A stretch of DNA of 64,000 nt, taken from NCBI GenBank assembly GCA_004431415.1, contig QPMI01000161.1:62001-126000 (forward strand). Direction: 5' to 3'. A program made the translations under genes and the position numbers. This document shows positions 12,250-25,859 of the stretch, piece after piece (the first letter of the stretch is position 1; the number at the start of each line of letters is the position of its first letter). The notes under the pieces were generated by a model that saw nothing but the letters and a program-made list of their open reading frames with translations, had not been told where the DNA came from and did no database searches. Source of the stretch: Cyanophora paradoxa CCMP329. Its lineage: Eukaryota > Plantae > Glaucophyta.

Positions 12250-14007
12250 GACGTGTGGGCGCTCGGGGCCCGGGTCAGGGTGCGGGGGGCCGGCGGTCGC
12301 GGAGCTCCTCGACCTGCCTCCGCAGCTCCTCGTTCAGGTCCCCCGCCTGCGCGCCAGGGCCCCCGTGAGGCGCGAGGCGCGCCGGCGGCGGGGGCAACCA
12401 GAGCTCGAGCCACTTGGGGGGAGTGCGGGGCGGCAGGGGCCGGGGGGCGGGGCGGGGGGCGTCGCGCACGATCTCGAGGCGCTCGTGGAGCTGGAGGAGG
12501 CGCCCCTCGTGCGCCTTCGCCACCCGCGCCAGCTCCCGCGCCTCCCCCCGCGCCGCCTGCACCCCCCGCCCCGCCCCGCCCCGCCTCAGCCTCAGAGCTG
12601 CCTCCCCGCCCGTGGCGCTGGGATGGAGAGGGGGCTCCAACGCTAAGCGCATCGGGCGCCGGCGCACCTCGCGCTCGGCCCGGACGCGCCGCAGCTCCTG
12701 CTCGAGCGAGGCGCACCGGTGCTCCGCCGCGTCGAGCTCCCGCAGCAGCTCCAGCTGCCCCCGCACCTCTCAGCTTCAAGGAGGAGCTCTGAGCTGTGGT
12801 GGGGGGGGGGGAGCTTTGGAACGACATGCTTGAAAAGCCTGGCTTTCAGCTTTCAGCTCTAATCTCAGCAGCCGCAGCGGCGCCAGAGTCTGGCAGCTCT
12901 ACTTGCTTTGAGATTTGAGCTTAGCGCGGCTTCGAACGTTCGCTCGCTGGGCCGGGGTCGGCGCACCTCCCTCGGGGAGAAGCGCTCCTCGCGCTGCCGG
13001 ACGGTCGGCGGGGCCTCCCGCCCCTGCAGCGGCGTCGCCGGGGGCGACGACTCCCCGCCCTGCGCTCTCCGTCAGTCTCCACGCGGGGGCGCCAGCGAGC
13101 GTGCCACGGTGCGCATAGAGCTCCACCGACTCACCTCGGGAGCCGCGGCGTCGGGGCCGGGGGCGGGCGGCGGGGGCGAGACGGGGGAGAGGGGCGTGGG
13201 GCTGGAGGGGAGGGGCTCGTTGACGCGGATGGCGGAGCGGCGCAGCGAGGAGGGCGCCGGCAGCTCGAAGCTCGCCTCCGAGTCGCTCGAGCTCGAGCTC
13301 GGGCTCGCCGCCGCCTCCTCCCCGCTCCCGCCGCCTGGCCCCGCGCTCCCAGCCGGCTCCTGCTTCTTGGCGGCGACGAGGAGACTGCGCCGCGGGCTCC
13401 TCGGGTCCTCCGCCGGCTCCTCCCCGCACTCCTCCTCCTCCTCCTCCTCGTCCGACCAGGAGCACTGGACGTAGTCGCGCCCCGGGTCCGGGATGCTGCT
13501 GACGTCCGAGAGCGCCCGCAGGTGCGGCGCGGGGATCTCCAGCCTCCCCGACGCCACCAGCGCGGCCAGCTGCGACGCGGCGGCGGTTGCGACTGCCGCG
13601 GCCGCCGGCGGCGAGGACGGCGGGCAGCTGTTGGCGTCGCCTTCCGCCTCTCCCCCCTCGTCGTCCGCCGCGTCCTCTTCGATCGTCAGCTCGATCGAGG
13701 AAGAACACCGCCGCGGCGACCGCGCGCCGCCGGCCGGGGAGGAGTCGCCGGGCCGCCAGCGGGACGCGTCCTCGCCAGCTGCAGGCAACACAACCGCGAC
13801 CCGATCGTGCACTCTCGGTGGCCTCGGGGGCAGGCAAGCTGCATTCCGAGCTTTGTGTCGAAGCGGCTCGGCTTCTGGCAGCTCGATGAGCAACGAGCCC
13901 GTCGCGGATGCAGGCTGATCAGGCGTTCGCGGCTCTGACGGGACTGCCGCTGTGACGAGAATATCTATTTCTGACTCTTCAGACGCTTTGCAGCCGCAGC
14001 CGCGCAT
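12250..14007 (-). CDS. Hypothetical protein, acidic/Ser-rich N-terminus and coiled-coil C-terminus
   Basis: Long exon 13072-14007 and heptad-rich exons (LELLRELDAAEHRCASLEQELRR); no family recognised. Confidence 0.4.
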
Positions 14008-14550
14008 CCCGGTGTCGCTCTGGTCGCCCCGATCTGCGGCTCGAACCGGTCAATTGCAACGAATTGCGAATTAACACGAAGCACCAAATCGAACGCCGCG
14101 CCCTGTTCTACTACTTCTAATACGCTTTAAATACGCCTAGTAAGGCCGCAGATGACTCCGCACCATCAACCGGGACCACAGAGGCCAGGTCACGACCGGG
14201 TGATTGGGCATCCACATCAACCTTGAGTGAAGTCGTCGCGGCCACGCCCCACACGGAGCGGTACACCTTCGTTGTCTGCACGTTTAATAAGAGCGCGACG
14301 CAGGGCGCAGGGCGCTCTGAGATAGCGCGCTGTGTACCGCTTGACCGGTCGCGGAGACACTCGGCATACTCCGCCAGAGGACGCGCGCACCACCGCGCGC
14401 CTCGCCCTCCTGCTATGGGATGCGCGCCGAGTCGGCGGGCCGGAGGTGGCGACCTGTCTGCGTTGTACCCCCTGGGTGACTGCAAATTCTGCAATTTCTG
14501 CTAGTCTAACCTCCTGGCAATCACAGTATCACGTGGCGACCGGCGCAGAC

Positions 14551-16320
14551 ATGGCGGACGGCGTCGGACACGAACAGGTGCGCCCGCGCCAGAGAACCAT
14601 ATCGAGCCCCCGAACCCCGCCGTCCCCGCCGTCCCTTCCGCTCTCAAATGACAAATAGCCTCCTCTCGAACGCCTTCCGACCGGTTTTGCGCCACCCTCG
14701 CTCCTGTGTGTCCACGTACCGTTGCCAACATCTTGGAGACTAAGGCCGTTGCCACGTACTGTTGCCGTACCGCACAGCAGCGCGCCATCAATGGCCCATC
14801 AGACCGCACTCGGCTTCGCCACTTACTCGCCAGGCGCCTCAACCGGCCAAGCTGACGCGCGGCTGCAGGCGCTGAAGGACTACGCGGCGTGGCAGCAGCT
14901 CCACCCTGTCGACAAAATAAAATACTATTACCCCGGCGTGTCAATGCACCCGCGGGAGCGGTACGCGCGGGGCGCGCAGCGATTGCTATCCCAGCTCGAG
15001 CGCTGACGCGAGCGTCCCGCCTCAGCCTCAACATCGCTATGCCGTCCAGGGCATTCATCGGCCTCTTCGGGCGGCGAGGCCACGGCAAGTCCTCGTTCAT
15101 GGACTCGTGCGTACACATCTTCCGCGGTCTCTTCTTCCAAGAATTCATCCGCGGCGGCAAGGTCCGCGCATCCTCGGCCCCAGGGTCAGCCCCAGCGCGG
15201 CGCACTGAGTTGGCGCCGCTCAGAGCGACGAGTCCTTCACGACGAAGCGGGAGGACGCTGAGATCAGGTGCGGCGGATCGTGCATGCGAATGCGAGTTCA
15301 AAACCGCCGAGCAAAGCGCGCAGCCAGAAGGTGTCGCTGGTGGACCACCCCGGCCTGCTCAACTTCGGCGAGGAGGCGATCCGCACGACCCTCGAGTCGG
15401 TCAAGGAGGAGGAGAACTGGGTTGACAAGAAGATCCACAAGGTCGTCGACAAGGTAGCCACGCGGCGGCGGCGCGCCATCCGCCTGCGCCACTCCGCCCA
15501 CGCCGTCTCCGCAGGTGCAGGGCAAGCGCAACCGCTTCCGCATCCAAGCGTGCGCTGCCCTCACGCCTCCCACTCCGCCCCGCGGCGCCCCGCGGCGCCC
15601 CGCCCCGCGGCCGAAGCTGAACGGGGGCGCCGCTGGCCCCGGAGCGCAGGGCCATCATCTTCTGGGACGCCGAGACGGAGGACGAGCCCGCCCGCATGGT
15701 CCGCCGCAGCAGCCGCAGCCCCTGCGCTCAACTTGCCATCCTGACGGCCTGCCTCAGATGCCGCTCATCAACGGCCTCTCGGGCTTCCTCTGTGCGCCCT
15801 TAGACCCTGGCCCCCGCCCCCGCCGCACCCGGTATCTTTGACGCCCGCCCTCGCAGGCGGCGAGAAGCCGATCATCGTGGTCACGAAGATCGACAAGGTG
15901 CGCACGCCGCCGGCGCCCCGCGGGGCCGGCGTGCAGGTCCTCAAGACGCACCTCACCGTCCGCTCAGATGCCCTCCGCACAAGCGCGCGCCGCCCTCGAG
16001 CGCGTGACGGCCGCCACCGGCTGCCAGGCCTTCCCCAGTGCGCCCCCCCGATCCGCCCCGCGCGCGCCGTCCCGCCATCGCCTCGCCTGATCGTGGCCCC
16101 TCTGCCTGCCAGTCGCGAACTACACCGTGAACAGCGTCTCGGACGGTGCGCGGGGCCGCGGCTGCGCGTCTGGCACCCGAGATCGCGCCCGCCGCTCACG
16201 GCCGTGGCGCAGACCCCAAGATGAACCAGCAGTTCTGCGTGATCCTGGCGGCGGCCCTCGCGTCCGCCGACCGCGCCGCCGTCAAGTCGTGGGCCGCGCG
16301 AGGCTAGGATTCAGGCGAAG
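14551..16320 (+). CDS. P-loop GTPase-like protein (multi-exon)
   Basis: G1 IGLFGRRGHGKSS, G3 LVDHPG and G4 IIVVTKID occur in successive exons. Confidence 0.6.
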
Positions 16321-16629
16321 CTAGAGCCGTGTCTTCTTTCTCTCTATGTGCGATGAGCGCGCTCATGGCAGCGCATGCACAACAGCGCCGGCAGCGCTAG
16401 CGCTAGAGCCGAAGCAAAGCACTGTTCGATGCGCACACGCGCATATGCGTGCACGCGTGCGGCGTGCGGCTGGCGCGTGTCGTTGCTAGCTAGCCGCAGC
16501 TGGCCATGGCGAGCGCGACCTCTCGCAACGGCAGGCCATAATTTTTCAGTGGGTGTACCCCCTTTGCGCCTCGCTCTACCCCCCACAGATAATAAGCCAG
16601 CTTCTCAGCTCGGCTTCCCAGCTCGTGCC

Positions 16630-19600
16630 ATGGACGCGGGCTCTGCCTTTGTTGTGCCGGCGGTTGCGGCGGTCAGCTCCAGCAATGCGCGGGCAGTTCT
16701 CACAGCGGGCAGCGTCGCGTCGGATCGGACCCGCAGCGCGCAGGGGATCCGTGCGTCCCGGCGGTTCCTGCACCAGTCCCCAGTAGCTTCGGCGGCGGTT
16801 GCCCCCTCGCGCGTGCAGCTGTCCACCTTCCACGGCTTCCGCCGCAGCAATATCGTCGACCGGCTCGGCGGTTCGGGCGATGTGAACGCCGCGCTGCGAG
16901 CGAAGGTCGAGGCCGCTGTCAGCTCTGTCGGGGCGACCTTCATCCCTGCTCGCGCGATGTTCGAGAAGTTCACGGAGAAGGCCATCAAGGTCGTCATGCT
17001 GTCGCAGGAGGAGGCCCGCCGCCTGGGCCACAACTTCGTCGGCACCGAGCAGATCCTCCTCGGCCTCATTGGCGAGGGCACTGGCATCGCTGCGAAGGTC
17101 CTCAAGTCCATGGGCGTGAACCTGAAGGATGCGCGCGTGGAGGTCGAGAAGATTATTGGCCGCGGCTCGGGCTTCGTCGCGGTGGAGATCCCGTTCACTC
17201 CTCGTGCGAAGCGTGTTCTGGAGCTTTCTCTCGAGGAGGCGCGCCAGCTGGGCCACAACTACATCGACACCGAGCACCTGCTCCTCGGCCTGATCCGCGA
17301 GGGCGAGGGCGTCGCTGCCCGCGTGCTGGAGAACCTTGGCGTTGATGTCAGCAAGGTTCGCACCCAGGTTCTGCGCATGCAGGGCGACACTGTGGAGGTC
17401 GGCGGCGGCGCTCAGGGTATGTCCCTTCACTCACTCCCGCCGATTCCTTTACCGTTAATCGTCTCCGGTTCTTCTCATTCTTACACGCGTATCCGCTCTT
17501 TCAGGCCGCACCAAGACCCCAACTCTCGAGGAGTTCAGCACGAACCTGTCCGAGAACGCGGAGCAGAACCGCCTGGACCCAGTGATCGGCCGCGCGAAGG
17601 AGATCGAGCGTGTGATCCAGATTCTCGGCCGTCGCACGAAGAACAACCCCGTGCTCATCGGCGAGCCCGGTGTCGGGTGTGCACGTGCTAGTCGCGACTC
17701 TTCGTGTTCTGCGCGTGGCTGAGGCATGCGCGTGCAGTAAGACGGCTATCGCGGAGGGTCTTGCCCAGCGCATCATCACCGGTGATGTTCCGGAGAACCT
17801 GCTGAAGAAGAAGGTCCTCTCGCTCGATATCGGTGCGACGTCGACCCCGTTCAGTACGCTCGCGCCGCGGGGTTGACTCTGCGTCCAAGGTCTGCTCGTT
17901 GCTGGCACCAAGTACCGTGGTGAGTTCGAGGAGCGCCTGAAGAAGATCATGGACGAGGTCAAGTCCAGCGGCAACGTCATCCTTGTCATCGACGAGGTCC
18001 ACACGGTGAGCGAGTAGGTTTGACGCGCGTGCGCGACGCCGTTTAGCTAGCAGTCGCTCATATGCCGCTCGCAGCTTGTCGGCGCCGGCGCGGCGGAGGG
18101 CGCCATCGATGCCGCCAACATTCTGAAGCCGGCCCTGGCCCGTGGCGAGCTGCAGTGCATCGGCGCCACCACTGTCGACGAGTACCGCAAGCACATTGAG
18201 AAGGACGCCGCCCTCGAGCGCCGCTTCCAGCCCGTCACCGTCGGTACGGCGCCGCGGCCGCCGGCGGTTTCTCGCCGCGCCGCTGACCGCGCGCCGCGCG
18301 CAGGCGAGCCCTCTGTTGAAGAGGCGATTGAGATTCTGTACGGTCTGCGCGAGAAGTATGAGACGCACCACAAGCTGAAGATCTCGTGCGCCGCTCCACA
18401 TCGCCTCGTGCCTTCTTACCCGTCACTTACCGCGGCCCGCGCGCTTGCGCAGCGACGAGGCGCTGGAGGCGGCGTCGAAGCTCTCTTCTCAGTACATCGC
18501 CGACCGCTACCTGCCCGACAAGGCCATCGACCTCATCGACGAGGGTGCGCCCGTCCGCCCCGCGCGCAGTCCCTCTCGTGCTGGCCGGCGCTGAGTCCGG
18601 CGCGCCCCGCAGCCGGCTCGCGCGTGCGCTTGCTGCGGTCGCAGCTCCCGCCGGAGGCGAAGGAGCTCGAGAAGCAGCTCAACGCCATCCGCAAGGAGAA
18701 GGACGAGGCCGTTCGCAACAAGGACTTCGAGAAGGTGCATTCCGCATCGATCCCGCCCTTGTGCTCGCTGACCCTGGCCGGTGCAGTCGGGGGCGCTGCG
18801 CGACAAGGAGCTCGAGATCCGGGCGCAGATCGCGGCGATCACGCGCGCGAAGCGTGAGGAGAACGAGGACAAGGACGACGAGGAGATGCCGGTGGTGACC
18901 GAGGAGGACATCGCGGACGTCGTGTCGCAGTGGACGGGCATCCCGCTCAAGAAGCTCTCGCTCTCCGAGTCGGACAAGCTGATGCACCTGGAGGAGACGC
19001 TCCACGGGCGCGTCATCGGGCAGGACGAGGCCGTCAAGGCCATCTCCCGCGCCATCCGCCGCGGCCGGGTCGGCCTCAAGAACCCCAACCGCCCCATCGC
19101 CTCGTTCATCTTCTCGGGCCCGACCGGTGTCGGCAAGACGGAGCTCACCAAGGCCCTCGCCTCGTACTACTTCGGCGCCGAGGACTCGATGATCCGCCTC
19201 GACATGTGCGGCCCGCGCTCCCCCGCGCCGCCAGCTCCCTCCCCCCTTTCAACGCCCCGCCCCGCCCAGGTCCGAGTACATGGAGCGGCACACGGTCTCC
19301 AAGCTCATCGGCTCGCCCCCGGGCTACGTCGGCTACAACGAGGGCGGCCAGCTCACCGAGGCCGTGCGGCGGCGGCCGTACAGCGTCGTCCTGCTCGACG
19401 AAATCGAGAAGGCGCACCCCGACATCTTCGACCTCATGCTCCAGGTCCTCGAGGACGGCCGCCTCACCGACTCCAAGGTGCCCCGCCGCGCGGCGCGGCG
19501 AGCGAGCTGTGCCCCCCGCGGTTCTGACGGCCGCACCCCCGCAGGGCCGCGTGGTGGACTTCAAGAACACGATGATCATCATGACCTCGAACATCGGCTC

Positions 19601-20078
19601 CAAGGTCATCGAGAAGGGCGGCGCCTCGATCGGCTTCGAGATCGGCAACGAGGACAGCGAGGAGGAGAACAAGTACGTCCGCATCAAGTCGCTCGTGCTG
19701 GAGGAGCTCAAGCAGTACTTCCGCCCCGAGTTCCTGAACCGTGTCGACGAGGTCATCGTCTTCCGGCAGCTGACCAAGTCGGAGGTCCGCGAGATCGCGG
19801 ACATCCTCCTCAAGGAGGTCTTCGACCGCATGAAGACCAAGGGGATGTCGCTGGAGGTCACCGAGGCCTTCAAGAACCGGCTGGTGGACGAGGGGTACAA
19901 CCCGAGCTACGGCGCGCGGCCGCTGCGGCGGGCGATCATGCGGCTGCTCGAGGACGAGCTCTCCGAGTCGATGCTCTCGGGCCGCCTCAAGGAGGGCGAC
20001 TCGGCCATAGTCGACGTCGACGCCACCGGCCAGACCAAGGTCCTCGTCTCCGGCGAGGTCGCCCCCGCCAGCGCCTAA
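16630..20078 (+). CDS. clpC: Plastid-targeted Clp protease ATP-binding subunit ClpC (multi-exon)
   Basis: About 109-aa transit peptide, then [13 protein letters not shown]...[18 protein letters not shown]1 GEPGVG|KT, NBD2 [25 protein letters not shown] ClpP-docking loop, GARPLRRAI. Confidence 0.95.
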
Positions 20079-20560
20079 GCGCCAGCCCGACGGCGCCAGC
20101 CCCGCCCGCGCCCCGCGCCCCGGTCCCGTGGAACTCTCTCCTCCTCCGCGACACCCCTTCCCCTCTGCTTCCGCCCGCCCCGCCGCCCCCGCGGCGGCGG
20201 TCGGGCTCGCGCCTCCCGCCGGCCCGCCGCCGGGGGTTTGCAGCAGAGCCGCCGCTCTCCTTCCTCCCCCTTCTCCGCCCGCGGCTCGTAAGCCACAAGG
20301 TTTCGCCACAAGCTCATTCGATTTCAATGCAGACGACTCTGTACCAGTACTTACTCGGGTGCCAATTTCAACAAATGCATTTGCAATTTGCCTTCGGGTC
20401 CGAGCATGCCGTGCCGTCGGCACGGGGTGGGCGGGCGGGCGGGTGCATGCGGTGCATGCACTATTGGGTGGGGCGCGGCCGCGCGTGATCAAATCGGTTT
20501 GGGCACACGTGCACGCAGGTACAGGGTCGAGGGCGGAAGCGGAAGCGGGGGGGCGGCGCC

Positions 20561-23510
20561 TCAGCGGCCGGCGGGCGGGGTCGGCGAGGGGGCGGCGGGG
20601 GCCTTCGCGGCGCGCGCGGCGGCGACGAGTGCCCGCGCGGCGCTGGCGTGGACCAGCCGCACCTGTGCAAGCGCGCGCTCGGCCCCCGGCGGGACGGGGG
20701 CGCGGGGCGGGCAAAGAAGGGGAAGCGTACCTCTGCGCGGCGGGCGCAGGCGGCGGCGGCCTCGACGGCGGCGGCGGCGCTGGCGGCGTCGAAGGCGGCG
20801 AGGGTGCGCGGCCCGCCGGCGAGGGCGGCGAGGGCCGCCAGGCCGGCGGCGGCGGCCGAGGCGGCGGCGGCGGCGAGTGCCGCGGCCTCGGCGAGGGCGT
20901 CCCGGGCGGCCGGGTCGGCGGCCTCGGCGGCGGCGGCGAGGAGCGGGGCCGGGTCGAGGCGGGCCCAGCAGGTGAGGGCGGCAGCGGTCCGCTCGAGCTC
21001 CTCGAGAGGGGCGCGGAGGGCGGGCCCCGCCTCCGGGTCCGAGCGGAGGGGCGACTCGGGCTGTGCGCAGTCGACAAGGCGGGGCGGCAGGGCGGCGCAG
21101 GTGAGGCGGTGCCAGGTGCGCTCGCGGGTGCGCTCGTGGAGGCCCCGGGGCTCCACGAGGGCCGCCACCTCGCGCAGGGCGGCCCCCGCCGGGCAGCCGC
21201 CGGGGCGCCCCGGCAGCAGCCGCTCTAGCGCCGCCTCCAGCTCCCCGCGCGGGTCGATGCCGAGCGGCGGCAGCACCTGCGCGCGCGCGCGCGTGCGGCG
21301 CCGGTCGGAGGGCGGAGGCTGGCGGGGGCAGAGGAGAGGAGGAGGAGGGGCGGGCGGACGCGGTCGCGGAAGAAGGCGAGGCGGGCGTCCAGCGCGGCGT
21401 CGCGCGCCGGCTCCGACTCGCCCTCGCCGCTCCCCTCACCCCCCGCGCCCTTCCCCTCCCCCGCGCCCCGCTCCGGCGGGCCGCACCACAGCCGCTCGGC
21501 CTGCGAGCCGAGCGGTCGACGTAGGCGCGCCGGGGCGGGGCGGGAGGGATCGGGCCCGGGCGCACGATCGCGGCGAGGCGGGGCCAGAGGCGCGAGGCGA
21601 TGTTTGTGCGGTCCACGAGTTCGCCCCTGCGCCGAGGATTCCCAATAAACGATGGGCGGAGGGCTGGGCGGCGCGGAGTCGCCTCGCTCGCACCACATGC
21701 AGGCCTCGCCGCCGAGGACGGCGCCGCGCGGGGCGGGCGCCCCGCAGGCGCCCGGGTCGAAGCGCGCGTGCCACGCCGCGCTGCGCATGTGGTCCAGGTA
21801 GTAGCCGCAGGAGAGGATCCCGGGGCGCCCTGCGCGGGGAGTCGAGGCGCGGCGCTGGGCGACTGACCGCTGAGAAATCGGCCCCGAGGCGCACCGGTGG
21901 CGGCGGCTTCGGCGAGCGAGTCGAGGCCGCGCCAGGACTGCACGACGGCGCCCGGGGGCAGCCGCGGGTGCAGCACCTCGTCCCTGCCTCGCGTCGCGGG
22001 GAGCGCGGGGCGGGAGCGAGGCGCGCGCGCACCAGCCGACGGCCCGCTTGCCGTGCCCCGCTAGGATCCCGCAGAGCCGAGCGTTGAAGAAGGCCTGCGC
22101 GTGCGGGCGGGCGGGTCGCGCGCGCCGGCGGAGGCCGGATGCGGCGCGCTCGCGTGCGTGCGCGCCTGCAGGTCAGAGTTGTCCGCGAGGCCGTACTGCC
22201 TCTTGAAGCGCGCGACGCGCTCGCTCTCGTCCCTGCGCGCCCGCCGCCCGGCCCGCTCGATCGCAGAAGAGAAGGCGGAGGGGCGCGCGCGGAGGCCCCG
22301 GCGCGCCAGTGGACGCCAGTAACCTCGTCCCCGCCGATGTGAAACATCTCGCTGGGGAAGAGCTGAAACCCCACGCGCGATACGATCAAACCCAGGTCAA
22401 ATTCGGATCAAATTCGGCTGTGCGCACGGAAGCCATCTCGCCGAAAAGCCCGTCGAGGAACTCGTACGTCTCCGGCAGGCTCGGGTCCAAGCACGCGTCG
22501 TATATGCCCGTGCGGGCTGACGCCGTGTACTGGCCCCGCCGCGTCGCCAGCTCCGGGTAGCTTCGAAAGAAAGAGGTGAGAAATTCGAGTGAGATTGTGG
22601 AGAAGACGGCGGGCGCACGCGGCGAGGATGGCGGAGCTGTGGCCGGGCACGTCGATTTCTGGAACCTGAGGACGCGCTCGCCAAATACAAAAGATTCAAA
22701 CGGGGAGGCGCACGACGCAGATGCCGCGCTCCGCAGCGTATGCGACGATGTGCCGGACCTCCTCCTGCGTGTAGTGCTCGCCCGAGACCTCCTGGAGCCT
22801 CGGGTACGCGCGCGACTCGACGCGGAAGCCCTGGTCGTCGCTGAGATGCAGGTGGAGGACGTTCATTTTGCAGAGCGCCAGGCCGTCGATGACGCTGAGC
22901 ACGGTCTCCAGCGGGAGGAAGCGCTTCGAGCGTGTAAGAATAGGGGTAAAGAAGCGATACCGGCGCTCACCCGCGCCTGCAGCAGACCATGAGCGGGAAG
23001 CGCAAGGCGCCTGAGACGAGGAGTGCGGACCGTGTCGATCAAAAGCCCGCGGTAGAGGAATCGCGGCGCATCCTCGATGACGAGTTGCGGGAGTGCGAAC
23101 GCGCCGTTCGAGACGTCGACGGAAGCCGCCAAAACTTGGTACAGAGACTCTAGCCCGTGCAGCGCGCCGAGTTGGGAGCTCGCCACGACGAACGCGTCGC
23201 CATCCTCTGATATCTGCAATCGGTACGCCTCCGCGTCTGCGCTGCCGGGGCTAGAGGCCCAGTGGAGGACTTCTTCTTTTCCACAAAGCTCGGCTTTCGA
23301 GCCGTCATTGACGAAAAGAGAGAGCAAGAGCGGGGCTAGATCAAGAGCAGGAGCGCTCTCGGGCGCCAGCAAGCGCTCTGCACGGTCGACAAGGCGCTGC
23401 ACGGCTGCAGCAACGACACCGGCGCTCGGGGTCGCAGCGCGCACCACGCCGCGCGCGAAGCGCTTGCTCGAACCCGTCGAGACGGACGCTGGGCGCGGGA
23501 TGAGCTCCAT
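20561..23510 (-). CDS. GH20 beta-N-acetylhexosaminidase (multi-exon)
   Basis: IEDAPRFLYRGLLIDT, KMNVLHLHLSDDQGF, YTQEEVRHIVAYAAERGI, catalytic HIGGDEV, GYYLDH, VLGGEACMWCE, RLWPR. Confidence 0.9.
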
Positions 23511-24099
23511 GGCTTAGAAATCGATGAAGAAGCGCCCCCGCTCGCGTACCCCCCTCCATGCCGCGCCGGCCCGCGCCGCGACGTTTCGATGCGCGCGCGC
23601 GCCGCGCCTCCAAGCCTTCTTCTCTTGCCCCAGCTGCCAGCTTGCTCTGCGTGGCGGCTGCGCACAGCCGATGAAGAAGGCGCTGCTGCAGCTGCTCGCG
23701 CCGCGCCCAGTCGATGCGCCCCGGCTGCAGGATGCTAGGGGCAAGGTGAAGCACGAGCGAAAGAAGAGCGGAGGATTCGAGAAGAATCCAAGCTTCAGAG
23801 AGCGTCCACCTCCGTCGCCAGTGCGCCCCGCCCGGGGCGCCCAAGCTCGCTCCCCTGAGGGGCTAGCCGGCTTTGTGGGCTTCTGATGCGCATGCAGAGA
23901 GAGGTGCTTGCGGGTGGTGCGGTGCAGGCTTGCCGTGACCTGGCGGCGGTCGCGGAGGCCGCGGCGAGGGCCGCCGCCAGCAGGAAGAGGGTCTGTCCAT
24001 CCGCTCTGCAGCCGCCGGGCCGTCCGTGCCGACCTTCTCCGCAGGAACGCGCCTCGTTGGAGCTCAGCCGCAGCGGTTCGGCTCTTGCTCACCGGCCAT

Positions 24100-25598
24100 G
24101 GGCACGGCTGAGATGCATGGGCCGCATGCGCGCAGGGGCCCTGGCCGTCCCTCCCGCCCGACCGGCCTCGTTCCCGGAGCCACGAACAGAGTACGACGAC
24201 GACGGCGGCGGTGCGTGCGCCGGGGCCGGGGCCGGCGGCCGCCCCCCGCCCCTTCCCTCCCAACCCAACGCCCGCCCGCGCAGTCTCGCGCCGGCCGCTC
24301 ATCCCGAAGGCTCCGTCGGCGTCGGCGTCGGGGTCGGCGGCGGGCCGCGGTCTGGTGAGGCCGACCCCGGCCTCGGGCGGGGACGCTCCGCCTCCGGCTC
24401 CCGAGCCGCCGGCCAGGCAGCCGCCCGCCCAGCCGCAGGCGCCTCCCCTGCCCCCTCGGCTCCACATCCCCCCGCCCCGCCCCCTCTCCCTCGCCGCCTG
24501 CTCCCCGCGCGGCGCCGGCGGCGGCGCCCTCCGACGCCCGAGCGGCGCTCTTCGACCAGATCCGCGGGGGCGCCTTCAAGCTCCGCCCCGCCGCCGCGCC
24601 CGTGGGGGCCGCGGCGTGCCTCTGAAAGCTTCGCCGCCGGCAGAAGAGGCGCCGGCTCCTCCGGCGCCCGCCCCAGCGGCGCGAGCCGCGGCCCCGCCCC
24701 CCGCCGGCTCGGATCCCCGCGCTGCCCTTTTCGACCAGCTCAAGGCGGGCGCGTTCCGCCTCCGGGCGGTCTCTCCCACACCGGCCCCCGCACCGGCCCC
24801 GCCCTCGCCGCCGGCGCCCCGCCAGCCCCCGCCAGCGAAAGCGCCCCCGCCCCTCTCCCCGCCGCTCCCGCTCCGCTCGGCCGCCGCCGACGCAGTACCC
24901 CCGGCGCCCACCGCGGCGAATCCGGCGCCAGCTGCGGCCGACGCGCGGGCCGTGCTCTTTGATCAGATTCGCGGCGGCGCATTTAAGCTCCGGCCGGCGT
25001 CTGCGCCTGCCTCGCGGCCCGCTGCTTCGGCCGCCCCGCGCCTCGCGGCGCCGCCCTCTCCGCTGCGATGCGCTCCCGTCTCTTCGACGCCCGCCGCACC
25101 CCCGCCCCCGCCCCGCGCCCGTCCCCTTCGGAAGGCCCCGGAGCCTCGGGGTAGGGCAGGGGCCGGCCCCCCGTGCCCCGCTTCCCCCGCGCGGCCCCCG
25201 CCCGTGCCCCGTGCGGCCTTCGCGCCGCTTCCCCCGCCGCCCCCCGCCGCCTCCGCCCCTCCCCTCCTCCGGCTAATGAGCCCGCTCCGCCCGTGCCCCC
25301 TCCAGCGCCCGCACCGCCCCGGGCCGCTCCCCGCGCGGCGCCGGCGGTGGCGCCCTCCGACGCCCGAGCGGCGCTCTTCGACCAGATCCGCGGGGGCGCC
25401 TTCAAGCTCCGCCCCGCCGCCGCGCCGGCCCCGACAAGCAGGCGTCCCGTGCCGGACGCGGCGGCGGCGCAGGCGGCGCCTCGGGCGCCGTCGCTGGCGG
25501 ACGTGATGCACGAGCGGATGCGGGAGGCGATGCGGCGGCGGCGGCAGCGCCTCTCCGACAGCACAGCTTCGAGCTCCGGGGCGTGGGAAAGCACGTAG
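24100..25598 (+). CDS. Proline-rich protein with four WH2 actin-binding repeats (WASP/WIP-like; start uncertain)
   Basis: Four copies of D(A/P)RA(A/V)LFDQ(I/L)(R/K)xGAF(K/R)LR near 24534, 24712, 24940 and 25359, with Pro-rich linkers. Confidence 0.75.
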
Positions 25599-25859
25599 CT
25601 GTAGCTGTAGCAAGAGTCGTGCATCAGGGCCTAACGGGGGCATCGGCGAGTGTAAATAGTCGTCTTCGTGTGGATGGGTGGATCATCGGATGTAACATCG
25701 AATCTTTCATCTTAACGCACTAGATCTCTGTCTCGATCTTAAGCTACATCTCTGTCGACCTCGAATCATGACGGACCGTCGGACGCTGAGCTGAGACTGC
25801 CAGGCTGTGTGCACGTGGAGGGCAGGGGCGGGGCGCAGGCGCGGGCAGGCGGCTAGTGC

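Noticed and set aside
24400-25400. Apparent frameshifts in host genes (WH2, HECT) as pseudogenisation
   Set aside because: They fall in G/C homopolymer-rich tracts or possible unrecognised introns. Sequencing indels are more likely, and this cannot be resolved without reads.
1-25800. Many long Arg/Pro/Gly/Ala-rich ORFs in the six-frame track (also 38050-64000)
   Set aside because: Stop-poor shadow frames of very GC-rich DNA and read-through of introns; no motifs.
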